From an uncultured Chloroflexia bacterium (GTDB lineage: Bacteria; Chloroflexota; Limnocylindria; Limnocylindrales; CSP1-4), in the NCBI GenBank assembly GCA_963752475.1, contig CAVVYR010000005.1:1-64000 (forward strand): a stretch of 64,000 bases of DNA. Reading direction: 5' to 3'. Both the position numbers and the translations under genes were made by a program. A model generated the notes under the pieces. It saw only the letters and a list, made by a program, of their open reading frames with translations, made no database searches and had not been told where the DNA came from. Position 1 is the first letter of the stretch. Each line of letters starts with the position of its first letter. Shown one piece after another: positions 10,125 to 19,861 of the stretch.

Positions 10125-10832
10125 ATGGGGACAAGGTCGATTCGGGTATTCGTGATCGGAATGGCTGTCACGCTGCCGCTCGTCGCGGGCAGCGTGCTGC
10201 TCTCGGCGTACGCAGGCGCGAGCACGTTATTGACCGCCTCGGCGGGGATCGGGCTCGTCGCAGCCACGTTCGGGCTCGCGGCGGGTATCGTTGCGGTCCT
10301 CGTCGCTTGCAGTGCCGCGGTCGTGCTCGAGATGGCTCCAGCCGGAGAGTTCCATGTCGAGCGGCCCAAGGACGCGCTGTCACTGACCCTCTTCGCCGCC
10401 AACGGCCTGGTGGTCGCCGCCATCGGATCGCTGCTGCAGGGCCATCGGTCGCGGCAAGCCTCGCCGGCGGCTTGCGAGGAGGCACCACAGGGACGGATGA
10501 CGGCGATCGACCACGTTCAGCCAACCGCGCTTTCCCGGACGCTGGCCCCGCTCAGCCTCAGGCGGGAGCCGCTCACCGAACGTGAGACTGAAGTGCTGAC
10601 ACTCCTGGCGACAGGGATGTCCAATGCCGAGATCGGCGCCGAGCTGTTCATATCGGTCAACACGGTCAAGTCCCACCTGAAGAACGTCTACGGCAAGCTC
10701 GGCGTAAGCAACCGCACCGGGGCACTGTCGACAGCCCTGGAGCTCGGGGTCATCCCTCCCGACCATGCGGCCGAGCGACGCTCGGGCGGGCAGGCGCGCC
10801 CCCTCGTCGGCGAGGACGACCTGGCAGCCTAG
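10125..10832 (+). CDS. Membrane-anchored LuxR-family regulator (DUF4118-like TM region plus HTH)
   Basis: Several hydrophobic helices followed by LTERETEVLTLLATGMSNAEIGAELFISVNTVKSHLKNVYGKLGVSNR. Confidence 0.85.
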   Translation: MGTRSIRVFVIGMAVTLPLVAGSVLLSAYAGASTLLTASAGIGLVAATFGLAAGIVAVLVACSAAVVLEMAPAGEFHVERPKDALSLTLFAANGLVVAAIGSLLQGHRSRQASPAACEEAPQGRMTAIDHVQPTALSRTLAPLSLRREPLTERETEVLTLLATGMSNAEIGAELFISVNTVKSHLKNVYGKLGVSNRTGALSTALELGVIPPDHAAERRSGGQARPLVGEDDLAA

Positions 10833-10888
10833 TTCGATCGGCGGCACGCCCAGGCCGGTTCGCACATCGAAGCGGGTCATCCACGGGT

Positions 10889-10938
10889 TCACCCGAAGGG
10901 GTGATGCGGGTGGGTTGCCACATCACTAGCGTGGGTGA
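10889..10938. promoter_or_regulatory. Two LuxR/NarL-type boxes
   Basis: TCACCC-GAAG-GGGTGA (10889-10904) and TCACTA-GCGT-GGGTGA (10923-10938) upstream of the antiporter. Confidence 0.65.
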
Positions 10939-10974
10939 TGGTCAGGCAAGACATGACTGACGAAGGTCCTGCGC

Positions 10975-12750
10975 ATGCCTGGAACCCACGAACCCGGGCT
11001 CATCCCGACCGTCGCCATCGGCTTGGCCCTTGCCTTCCTCGGCGGGCTCATGGCCAAGCGGCTTGGGCTGCCGTCGATCGTGGGCTACCTTCTGGCCGGC
11101 GTCTTGATCGGCCCCTACACGCCCGGGTTCGTCGCCGATGCCGACCTGGCCCAGGAACTCGCCGAGCTCGGCGTCATCCTGCTCATGTTCGGGGTGGGCC
11201 TCCGCTTCTCGCTGCGCGACCTCATGGCCGTGCGCGCCATCGCGGTTCCGGGCGCCGTCGGGCAGATCGCCGTCGCAAGCATCCTGGGTACCGGCCTGGG
11301 TTCATTGCTGGGCTGGCCCATAGCGGACGCCGTCGTCCTTGGTCTGGCGATCTCGGTGGCCAGCACCGTCGTATTGGTCCACGCCCTCATGGACCGAGGC
11401 GAGCTGCTCTCGACACAGGGGCGGATCGCGGTCGGATGGCTCATCGTGGAGGATGTCTTCACGGTCGCGGTCCTCGTGCTGCTGCCGAGTCTCGCGGCGT
11501 TCAGTGGTGCCGCGGACGCAGCGGAGGCGGGGCCCCTCGACGCCCTGGTCGGGGTCGCGCTGGCCGTCGTGCGTGCCGGCGTCTTCGTCCTGCTCATCGT
11601 GATCGTCGGCACACGGGTCCTGCCCAGGGCACTCGCGTACGTCGCCCGCCAGCGCGACCATGAGATCTTCACGCTCGCCGCCGTCGCCATCGCCCTCGGG
11701 GTCGCCTACCTGTCGTCCTCGGTCTTCGGCGTCTCGCTGGCCCTGGGCGCGTTCCTGGCGGGCGCTGTCGTCAACGAGTCGGACACCAGCAACCAGGTCG
11801 ACGCCGACGCACGGCCCCTCCGGGAGGTCTTCTCGGTCCTCTTCTTCGTGTCGGTGGGCATGCTCTTCGACCCGGGCTACGCCGTCGCCAACGTGCCCGC
11901 GGTCGTGGCCGCCCTGCTCGTCATCGTGGTCGCCAAGGCCATGGCGGCCTTCATCATCGTGGCGCTGCTCGGACAGCTGCCTCGCGTCGGCCTGACGGTC
12001 GCTGCGGGTCTGGCACAGATCGGCGAGTTCTCGTTCATCCTCGTGACGTCCGCGAGCGCCTTCGGCCTATTCCCCGACGAGGGACTCCAGCTCGTGGTGA
12101 GCGCCGCGATCGTCTCTATCACGCTGAACCCGTTCCTCTTCAGGGCCGTCGACCCCCTCGCGAGACTCTTCGCCCGCGACTCACGCCTGGCCAGGCTGGC
12201 CGGTTCGCGCCCGAGAACACTCTCACGGCTGCAGGCCGAGGGCACAGGAGCGGGGCCTCGAGACCATGCCGTGGTAGTCGGCTCGGGCAGGGTCGGTCGA
12301 GTCGTGCTCGGCGGGCTGGCTCGCAGGGGCTTCCAGTTCGTGGTGGTCAGCGCCGATCGACGCGATGTCGAGCGCCTTCGCGAGCAGGGACAGCCAGCGG
12401 TGTTCGGGGATGCCTCGAACGCCGAGGTGCTCGATGAAGCTCGCCTGGAGGCCGCACGCATCATCGTGGTCGCCATCCCCGACGCCCACGCGGCTCGTCT
12501 CATCGTCCAGCATGCCCGAGAGGCGAACCCCAGCATCGCACTGGTGGTGCGCGCACACGACCATCGCCTGCTAGCCGAGATGACCTCGATGGGCGGCAGC
12601 GTCTACGTCATCCATGGCGAGGTGGAGCTTGGCGTTCAGATGACGCGCTACACACTGCGACGCTTCGGCGTCAGCACCATCGAAGCAGAGGCCATCGCTG
12701 AGGGCTTGCGCGGCCGCGGTGGCCGGCCCTGGCCGCTCGAGTCGGCCTGA
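10975..12750 (+). CDS. CPA2 cation:proton antiporter with TrkA-N domain (YbaL/RosB-like)
   Basis: ELGVILLMFGVGL, SVASTVV, QIGEFSF and VVGSGRVG (RCK) motifs. Confidence 0.92.
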   Translation: MPGTHEPGLIPTVAIGLALAFLGGLMAKRLGLPSIVGYLLAGVLIGPYTPGFVADADLAQELAELGVILLMFGVGLRFSLRDLMAVRAIAVPGAVGQIAVASILGTGLGSLLGWPIADAVVLGLAISVASTVVLVHALMDRGELLSTQGRIAVGWLIVEDVFTVAVLVLLPSLAAFSGAADAAEAGPLDALVGVALAVVRAGVFVLLIVIVGTRVLPRALAYVARQRDHEIFTLAAVAIALGVAYLSSSVFGVSLALGAFLAGAVVNESDTSNQVDADARPLREVFSVLFFVSVGMLFDPGYAVANVPAVVAALLVIVVAKAMAAFIIVALLGQLPRVGLTVAAGLAQIGEFSFILVTSASAFGLFPDEGLQLVVSAAIVSITLNPFLFRAVDPLARLFARDSRLARLAGSRPRTLSRLQAEGTGAGPRDHAVVVGSGRVGRVVLGGLARRGFQFVVVSADRRDVERLREQGQPAVFGDASNAEVLDEARLEAARIIVVAIPDAHAARLIVQHAREANPSIALVVRAHDHRLLAEMTSMGGSVYVIHGEVELGVQMTRYTLRRFGVSTIEAEAIAEGLRGRGGRPWPLESA

Positions 12751-12789
12751 CGGTCTTGCGCGTCAAGCGTGTGCTGTCGGGCGGACCCG

Positions 12790-15534
12790 TCACGTCGCAG
12801 CCACACGCCGGCGAAGCCACTTCTCGGCCTCGACGATGAGGTAGATCGCCAGCCCGACGCCGAGGATGGAGAGCCACCACACCGCATCGATGGGCGCGCT
12901 GTGGAAGATCGTGTTCATCAGGGGCACGTATGTGAAGGCGAGTTGCAGGGCGATCATGATGGCGACGCCACCGAGGAGCCAGCGGTTGGTCAAGAGTCCG
13001 ACCGCGAACATGGACCTCGTCAGCGATCGGCAGTTGAAGAGGTAGAAGAGTTCGCCGAAGACGAACACGTTTACGGCGATCGTGCGCGCAACTTCCTCAC
13101 TCACGCCCTGGCTGAGCGCCAGTTCGAAGAGCCCGAAAGCACCGATGAGCAGCAGGATACCCACCAGCAGGATCCTGGTCAGGAGCGCGCGAGAGAGGAT
13201 CGGGCTCTCAGGGTCGCGCGGTGGCCGCAGCATCAGGTCCTGCTCCTTGGGCTCGAACGCCAGCATCAACCCCAGTAACAGGGCCGTGGTCATGTTGACC
13301 CACAGGATCTGCACCGGCAGGATGGGCAGGGTCGCACCGAGGAGCACCGCGAGCAGGATGACCAAGCCCTCGCCCACGTTGGTGGGCAGGGTCCACGTGA
13401 TGAACTTCGTCAGGTTGGCGAAGACGCCCCTGCCCTCTTCGACGGCCGCGACGATCGAGGAGAAGTCGTCATCGGTCAGCACCATGTCGGCAGCCTCCTT
13501 CGCCACCTCGGTGCCCGAGATGCCCATCGAGACGCCGATATCGGCCCGACGCAGCGCCGGCGCGTCGTTGACGCCATCCCCGGTCATGGCGATGACGTCG
13601 CCACGATGCTGCAGGGACTCGACGAGGCGCAGCTTCTGCTCGGGGGCGACGCGGGCGAACACCGGAGTCTCGTGTGCGAGCGACACCAGCTCGGTGTCGG
13701 AGAACTCGTTCATCTGCGCCCCGGTGACCACGCTCGGTGTGGCACCGTCAGCGGCCGAGCTACCTGGCACCGCACCGTCTGGCGTGTCACCGTCGAGCTC
13801 GAGCTGCCGGGCGATGGCGACGGCGGTGTCGGCATGGTCGCCGGTGATCATCTTCACGCGGATACCGGCGCGCCGGCACTCCGCGATGGACCGTGCGGCC
13901 TCGACCCGGGGCGGATCCATCATGCCTTGCAGCCCGAGGAAGGTGAACTCGTCGGCCACGTCTTCGTGATGGATCGTCGTCGTCCCCGCCGGCAACTCCC
14001 GACGCGCGAAGGCGAGCACACGCAGGCCCTCGGAGGCCATCGCCGCCACGCGGGACTCGTGCAGGCTGCGATCGAAGGACTGGAGCTCCCCAGCCGGATC
14101 GAGCACGCGCGAGCAGCGTTGGAAGATGGCCTCGGGCGATCCCTTCATGTAGACGACCGCCGGTCGGTCGTCGGAGGTCTCGTGCAGGGTGGCCATGTAC
14201 TGGTGCTGCGATTCGAAGGGGATAGCGTCCACGCGCGGCAGCGCGGCCGCCGCAGTGCGAGCGTCCAGCCCGGCCTTCCGGGCGGCGACGATGAGGGCCA
14301 CCTCCGTGGGATCGCCTTCGGCGCGCCACCCATCGTCGGTCTGGATGAGGCCCGACTCGTTGGCGAGTACGCCTGCCGTCAGGCACTCCATCAGTGCCAC
14401 GTCCGTCTGCGCGTCGACGTGGGCGCCGTCGCGTGTGACCGTACCCTCGGGATCCCAGCCGAGCCCGGAGAACTCGGCCGCATCCCCGCCGGCGAAGGCT
14501 TCTCGCACCGTCATCTGGTTCTGCGTGAGCGTGCCGGTCTTGTCGGAGCAGATGACGGTGGTGCTGCCAAGTGTCTCGACGGCGGGCAGGCTGCGGATGA
14601 TCGAGTGCCGCTTCGCCATCCGGCCCACACCGATGGCGAGGGTGATGGTGACGGCGGCCGGAAGCCCTTCGGGGATGGCTCCCACCGCCAGGGCCACGGC
14701 GGCCATGAACATGTCCACCAGCGCCTCCCCGCGAAGGACGCCGACCAGGAAGGTGAGCGCAGCCAGGCCGAGGATGGCGTACAGCAGCACATGGCTGAAC
14801 TGCGCGATCCGCCGAGTCAACGGCGTGGCCAACTTCTCGGTCGATGAGATGAGCTCCGAGATGCGGCCGATCTCGGTGTTGTCGCCGATGGCCACCACGA
14901 TGCCGGTCGCCCGGCCGTAGGTCACGAGCGTCGACATGTAGGTCATGTTCCGTCGGTCGGTCAGCACCGCGTCGTGGTCGAGGACCATCATGGCCTTGTC
15001 CACCGGCACCAATTCGCCGGTCAGCGACGACTCGTCGACATAGAGGTCGCGGGCAGCGAGCAGTCGCATGTCGGCGGGTACCTTGTCGCCCGACTGCAGG
15101 ACCACGATGTCGCCCGGCACGAGTTCGGACGCCGGGATCCGGCTGCGCTCGCCGGCCCGCACGACCGTCGCCTCGGTACCCATGTACTGCGCCAGCGCCG
15201 CGATCGCACTGTGGGCTTTCGACTCCTGGATGAACCCGATGGTGGCGGTGACCAGGACGACGCCGAGGATGACGATGGAGTCGATCCACTCCCCCAGCAC
15301 GGCGGTGATGATGGCAGCGACCAAGAGGATGAGGAGCAGTGGTTGCCGAAGCTGCGCGAGGAAGCGCTCCAGTGGCCCCGGGCCCTCCTTCTCCGCGATC
15401 TCGTTGGCGCCGAAGCGGCGTTGGCGTTCCTCGACCTCGAGGATGTCCAGCCCCGAGTGGCGTTCGGATTCCAGGAGGTCCAGGACCTCCTCCTCGGGAA
15501 GGTGATGCCAATGCCTGCTCAGGATCGTCTGCAC
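12790..15534 (-). CDS. Type II P-type cation-transporting ATPase (CtpF/PacL-like)
   Basis: PEGLP, DKTGTLT, KGSPE, MITGD and GDGVNDAPAL motifs; the actuator motif reads TGEL rather than TGES. Confidence 0.95.
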   Translation of the reverse strand: MQTILSRHWHHLPEEEVLDLLESERHSGLDILEVEERQRRFGANEIAEKEGPGPLERFLAQLRQPLLLILLVAAIITAVLGEWIDSIVILGVVLVTATIGFIQESKAHSAIAALAQYMGTEATVVRAGERSRIPASELVPGDIVVLQSGDKVPADMRLLAARDLYVDESSLTGELVPVDKAMMVLDHDAVLTDRRNMTYMSTLVTYGRATGIVVAIGDNTEIGRISELISSTEKLATPLTRRIAQFSHVLLYAILGLAALTFLVGVLRGEALVDMFMAAVALAVGAIPEGLPAAVTITLAIGVGRMAKRHSIIRSLPAVETLGSTTVICSDKTGTLTQNQMTVREAFAGGDAAEFSGLGWDPEGTVTRDGAHVDAQTDVALMECLTAGVLANESGLIQTDDGWRAEGDPTEVALIVAARKAGLDARTAAAALPRVDAIPFESQHQYMATLHETSDDRPAVVYMKGSPEAIFQRCSRVLDPAGELQSFDRSLHESRVAAMASEGLRVLAFARRELPAGTTTIHHEDVADEFTFLGLQGMMDPPRVEAARSIAECRRAGIRVKMITGDHADTAVAIARQLELDGDTPDGAVPGSSAADGATPSVVTGAQMNEFSDTELVSLAHETPVFARVAPEQKLRLVESLQHRGDVIAMTGDGVNDAPALRRADIGVSMGISGTEVAKEAADMVLTDDDFSSIVAAVEEGRGVFANLTKFITWTLPTNVGEGLVILLAVLLGATLPILPVQILWVNMTTALLLGLMLAFEPKEQDLMLRPPRDPESPILSRALLTRILLVGILLLIGAFGLFELALSQGVSEEVARTIAVNVFVFGELFYLFNCRSLTRSMFAVGLLTNRWLLGGVAIMIALQLAFTYVPLMNTIFHSAPIDAVWWLSILGVGLAIYLIVEAEKWLRRRVAAT

Positions 15535-15603
15535 GTAGTCGCCTTTCTGTCTCGGAAGCGTGGCCTCGAAGGGCCAGGGGGAACAGGGAAGCCCGCCGCC
15601 CGT

Positions 15604-16506
15604 CTAGGGTTCGGGAGCGATGACCACGGTGGTCTTGGCGTAACGGGCGATCTTCTCGCCGAAGGGGTCGTGTCCCTGGTGCTGCCGGGGCACGATGATG
15701 AGATCCGGATCGATGCGCTCAGCGGCTTGCAGAGCCGCATCGACGGGATGTCCGCCCTCCGACTCGAGCGTCACGTCGGATCCCTGTTCTGCGAGCTCCT
15801 CCGCGAGTTCGTCGAGGCTGGCCGCAGCCTCGTCACGCAGCATCGCCGTGACCTGCCGCACGAGCTCAGGATCCTCCTGGTCGATGCCGGTCGGATTGCC
15901 CAGGAGTCCGAGCAGCGTGATCCGGATGTCGCGCGCCCAGCCGGTGGAGAGCAGCCAGCTCGTGGCGCTTTTCCCGGCCGCCGTCCCGTCGAGCAGGACG
16001 AGGATGCTCCGGGGCAGCGGACCCTCATCCACGTGCGGTTCCCGCGCGACCAGCACCGGCCGATCGGTCTCACCGATGACCTGCCGCGAGACGCTGCCCA
16101 GCAGGAACTGCGAGACACGTGAGCGTCCCCGGTGGCCGATGGCCACGAGGTCGGGCGCTTCGGAGCGGATCGCGGCAACGATCTCATCGGCCACCTCGCC
16201 CTGACGCAGGAGCGTGCTCGTCAGGAAGCCGGCCTGCTGTAACCGGTGTCCCGCCTCGTTGGCCGTCCTCTCCGCAGCGATCACCTCCGTCCGGCGGAGC
16301 TGCTCCATGATCGTGCGTCCCGAGCTCAGGTCGCCCTCCCGCAGCCAACCGAGACGGGAAACGCCATAGGTCGCGACGCACAGGACGGCGACCTGGCACG
16401 GATGATCCCACCGCAATCGCGACACCCACGCTTCGGCGTTGAGCGCCTCGTCCGAGGCATCGGTCGCGAGCAGCACACGGAAAGGCCGCTCCATCGTCTG
16501 GGCCAT
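15604..16506 (-). CDS. Universal stress protein, paralogue of 9062-9994
   Basis: PFRVLLATD...GHRGRS...LLGSVS. Confidence 0.9.
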   Translation of the reverse strand: MAQTMERPFRVLLATDASDEALNAEAWVSRLRWDHPCQVAVLCVATYGVSRLGWLREGDLSSGRTIMEQLRRTEVIAAERTANEAGHRLQQAGFLTSTLLRQGEVADEIVAAIRSEAPDLVAIGHRGRSRVSQFLLGSVSRQVIGETDRPVLVAREPHVDEGPLPRSILVLLDGTAAGKSATSWLLSTGWARDIRITLLGLLGNPTGIDQEDPELVRQVTAMLRDEAAASLDELAEELAEQGSDVTLESEGGHPVDAALQAAERIDPDLIIVPRQHQGHDPFGEKIARYAKTTVVIAPEP

Positions 16507-16598
16507 CGTCAGTCTCCAAGCTCGGCACTTCAGTCCCCCGACGGCCTCTCCGTCGGCGACTTCGACGTCGAGGCTATCTGCGAGTGACACGGGTGCCC

Positions 16599-16614
16599 TC
16601 ACCCAGAGGGGTGA
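16599..16614. promoter_or_regulatory. LuxR/NarL-type box
   Basis: TCACCC-AGAG-GGGTGA upstream of the USP-ATPase unit. Confidence 0.65.
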
Positions 16615-16680
16615 TTTGATCTCCAAAGCCAGGCTCAGCGAGGTTCGCCTGCTTCGACGAGTCGCCCGTGGACGGGTGAC

Positions 16681-17583
16681 TCAGCTGCTGTTCGAGGGCA
16701 CCACGAGGACCGATACGGTGAGGTACCGGGTCACCTTCTCGGCCAATGGATAGCGGCCTGGCGTGTGCTCCGGCCGGGCTAGGACGACGAGGTCAGCCTG
16801 GGACCGTTCGGCCATGTCACGGCACTCACCCAGCGGGTGGCCGTGTCGCACCTCGACCGAGACGTCCAGGGCCTTCGAAGCGATGTGCTCGGCGAGGTCG
16901 TCAAGGACATGCCGGGCAGTGCGTTGCGCCTCCGTCATGATCGCCCCGACCGGGCCGCCGTCGGCCTCCATCCCGGAGCCCGCGGATCCAAGTAGGCCGA
17001 GCAAGATCACGCGGGAGCGGTCCAGCCAGCCATGACGATCGAGCCATGCGACGGCTGCTCGTGCCTTGGTCTCGGGATCGACGACCAGCACGACCCGCTG
17101 CGGCAGTGCCTCGACGAGGGCCCCGGCCTGACGAGCGACGAGAGCGGGGGCGGTCGTGTACCTCGCGACCTGTGCCGAGACACTGCCGAGGAGCATCGGC
17201 TGGATATCGGATCGACCACGGGAGCCGATGGCGACCAGCGAGGGACGCAGCTCCCTGACTCGCGCCAGGAGCTCGATCGCCGGTTCGCCGTACCTGGTGG
17301 TGGCGGAGCTGGCGAATCCGGCGTCGATCAATCGAGCAGCGGCTCCCTCGCCGATGCCCGAGGCCTCCGCCAGGTGCTCCTCGTGCAGGTTCTCCACCAG
17401 CACGTCGACCTGTGGGTCGCCCGGCCGCTGCAGCCAACCCGGGAGCGTCGCACTGACGTCGGCCACGGAAAGCACCTCGACGTGCGGCTTGGTGCGCCAG
17501 GTCAGGCCCTGGATCCAGACCTCGGGCCAATGCGCAGCCAGCGAGCCGTCGGTCGCGAGCAGGACATGGTGCTGGCTGTCCAT
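16681..17583 (-). CDS. Universal stress protein
   Basis: VLLATDGS...GSRGRS...LLGSVS. Confidence 0.9.
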   Translation of the reverse strand: MDSQHHVLLATDGSLAAHWPEVWIQGLTWRTKPHVEVLSVADVSATLPGWLQRPGDPQVDVLVENLHEEHLAEASGIGEGAAARLIDAGFASSATTRYGEPAIELLARVRELRPSLVAIGSRGRSDIQPMLLGSVSAQVARYTTAPALVARQAGALVEALPQRVVLVVDPETKARAAVAWLDRHGWLDRSRVILLGLLGSAGSGMEADGGPVGAIMTEAQRTARHVLDDLAEHIASKALDVSVEVRHGHPLGECRDMAERSQADLVVLARPEHTPGRYPLAEKVTRYLTVSVLVVPSNSS

Positions 17584-17670
17584 GCCACCTCCTATCGGGC
17601 TGATGGAACTCGAGTGAAGCAGAAACCGAATCGCCCTGACCCAACCTACCGCGGTCGCGTCTCGGCCTCC

Positions 17671-17686
17671 TCACCCGGTCGGGTGG
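17671..17686. promoter_or_regulatory. LuxR/NarL-type box
   Basis: TCACCC-GGTC-GGGTGG about 90 bp upstream of the third USP gene. Confidence 0.55.
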
Positions 17687-17920
17687 TTCGGCCGGGCACT
17701 GACTCCGACCGGCGTGGGCCTGGACCTCATGGGGTGACCGTGGCTCGACTCTCGCCGTCGGTCGGATGAGGGCTTCGGGTGAGGTCGGCGACCGTGCTCA
17801 GGCCCCGGTCATGGCCTTGTGTGCCACGGTCATGCCGGTCATGGAGGTGGCCGCTGGCACTGCAGCGCCAGCGGCAGACCTGATGGGCCAAGACGGACCC
17901 GCCGGGCGCTTCCCAGGGGA

Positions 17921-18787
17921 TCATCTTGGGCGACTGTCGGCAGGCACCAGCAGGCGCCGGCGAGCATGCTCGATGATCTCGACCGCGACCCCGTAGGCCT
18001 CCTGCACATGCTGCGACGTCAGCACCTCGGAAGGCTCGCCGGTGGCGACGGTGTTGGTGATGTGGTTCGGCTGCATCGCGACAGCAGGATCCTCTCCCTC
18101 GTGGGCAGCGAGCTTGCGCAGCAGGACCGCCCGGTCAGCGTAGGCGAAGGCCTGATTGGGGTCATGGATGGTCATGAGCACGGTGAGGCCCTGCGCTCGC
18201 GCCTGCTCGTGGACGGTGTCGAGGACCTTGACCTGGTTGCGGAGATCGAGATACGTCGTGGGCTCGTCCAACAGCAGCACGCGCGGCTCTTGCGCCAGCG
18301 CTCGCGCGACCATGACCAGCTGACGCTCGCCGCCGCTGAGCGTGCTGATGGGCTGATGCTCGAGGTGACGGATGCCGAACCAGTCGAGCACATCCTGGCA
18401 GTAGCGCACGTCGCTGGCGCTCGGCGAAGCGAAGATCGAGACGAACGGCATACGTCCGGTCAGCAGGATGTCGAGCGCCGTGAAGGGGAACGTCGTCTGA
18501 TGTACCTGCGGCACGCTGGCCACGGTCTTCGCGAGCTGCGCCTGGCTCATGTCGAGCACATCCCGACCCATGAGGCGCACGTTCCCGCTCGCGGGCTCGA
18601 GGAGCTTGCCGATGACGCGCAACAACGTCGTCTTGCCACAGCCGTTGGGTCCCAGCAGGGCCAGGGTCTCGCCGCGTCGCACCTCGAAGGTGACGTCGCG
18701 CAGCACCATCGACTGCCCGTAGCCCGCGCTTACGCGGTCGATCTCGAGGATCGGCTCGGCCGAACTGTCGGGCGGCGCCTGGCTCAT
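17921..18787 (-). CDS. ABC transporter ATP-binding subunit (FepC/BtuD-like)
   Basis: GPNGCGKTT, LSGGERQ, LLLDEPT and TIHD motifs. Confidence 0.93.
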   Translation of the reverse strand: MSQAPPDSSAEPILEIDRVSAGYGQSMVLRDVTFEVRRGETLALLGPNGCGKTTLLRVIGKLLEPASGNVRLMGRDVLDMSQAQLAKTVASVPQVHQTTFPFTALDILLTGRMPFVSIFASPSASDVRYCQDVLDWFGIRHLEHQPISTLSGGERQLVMVARALAQEPRVLLLDEPTTYLDLRNQVKVLDTVHEQARAQGLTVLMTIHDPNQAFAYADRAVLLRKLAAHEGEDPAVAMQPNHITNTVATGEPSEVLTSQHVQEAYGVAVEIIEHARRRLLVPADSRPR

Positions 18788-19854
18788 TCCCAGCCGCTCG
18801 ACCTGGTCGTGCGCAACAGCAGCCAGAAGAACGGCGCGCCGATGAGCGTGGTGATGATGCTGAGCGGGATCTCGACACCGAAGGCGGCTCGCGCGAGGTC
18901 GTCGACGAGCACCAGGTAGGTAGCGCCGAGCGCGGCCGAGAGCGGCAACAGGATGCGGTGGTCGGGTCCGGCGATCATGCGCACCATGTGCGGCACGATG
19001 AGTCCGACGAGCGCGACGATCCCGGCCATGGCCACCGCCACCGCCGAGACCAGCGCGGCCGAGATGATGAAGACAGCCTTGTAGCGCTCGACGTTCATAC
19101 CCGCGGAGCGCGCCTCGTCGTCACCCAGGGCCAACACGTTGAGGCGCCAGCGCAGCAGGATCATGACAGCGGTGCCGGCGACGATGAGGAGCCAGCCTTG
19201 CGAGAGGGTGGGCCACGTCACCGCGTTGAAGCTGCCCATGATCCAGCGCACGATCGTCTGTAGCGAGCGCTCATGGACGCTGATCTGCACGATCGACAGC
19301 AGCGCCGTGAAGATGGCACCGGTGATCACGCCCGAGAGGATGAGCGAGACGATGGGCACGCGGCCCCCCGTGCGCGCCATCGAGTAGGCGATGCCCATGG
19401 CCAGGAGGCCGAAGGCGAAGGCCGTGAGCTGGACGGGCAGCCACGTGGCCACCGCGATGGCGAGCGCGGCACCGAAGGCGGCGCCGGCCGAGAGGCCCAG
19501 GATGTAGGGGTCGACGAGCGGGTTGCGCAACACGCCCTGGAGCACGGCGCCAGAGACGGAGACACCCATACCCACGAGCATGGCGGCCACGACGCGTGGC
19601 AGGCGGATCTCCAGGAGCACCGTGGCGGTCATGCCCTCGTATGCATCGGTTCCCACGACCCGGGACCAGATCACGCCGAAGACGTCTTCGGCCGCGATGC
19701 CGAAGCTTCCGACCATCATCGAGAAGACGAAGGCCGGGATCGGCGAGATCGCGACCAGGCCGATGGCGATCGTGCGCCAGTAGCCCGGCAGCCCCAGGCC
19801 GGCCCGCACCGATGCTGGCAGGCGGTCGACCGTCAGCCTCCCGAGGTCGGCCAC
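18784..19854 (-). CDS. FecCD/BtuC-family permease
   Basis: IRLPRV, LQGVLRNPLVDPYILG and VGLIVPH motifs. Confidence 0.93.
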   Translation of the reverse strand: MADLGRLTVDRLPASVRAGLGLPGYWRTIAIGLVAISPIPAFVFSMMVGSFGIAAEDVFGVIWSRVVGTDAYEGMTATVLLEIRLPRVVAAMLVGMGVSVSGAVLQGVLRNPLVDPYILGLSAGAAFGAALAIAVATWLPVQLTAFAFGLLAMGIAYSMARTGGRVPIVSLILSGVITGAIFTALLSIVQISVHERSLQTIVRWIMGSFNAVTWPTLSQGWLLIVAGTAVMILLRWRLNVLALGDDEARSAGMNVERYKAVFIISAALVSAVAVAMAGIVALVGLIVPHMVRMIAGPDHRILLPLSAALGATYLVLVDDLARAAFGVEIPLSIITTLIGAPFFWLLLRTTRSSGWE

Positions 19855-19861
19855 GCGAGCG

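Noticed and set aside
13082-16122. Long antisense or alternative-frame ORFs (also 28516-30003, 29621-31081, 50472-51986 and similar)
   Set aside because: Shadow ORFs of well-supported genes in high-GC DNA, with no protein motifs.
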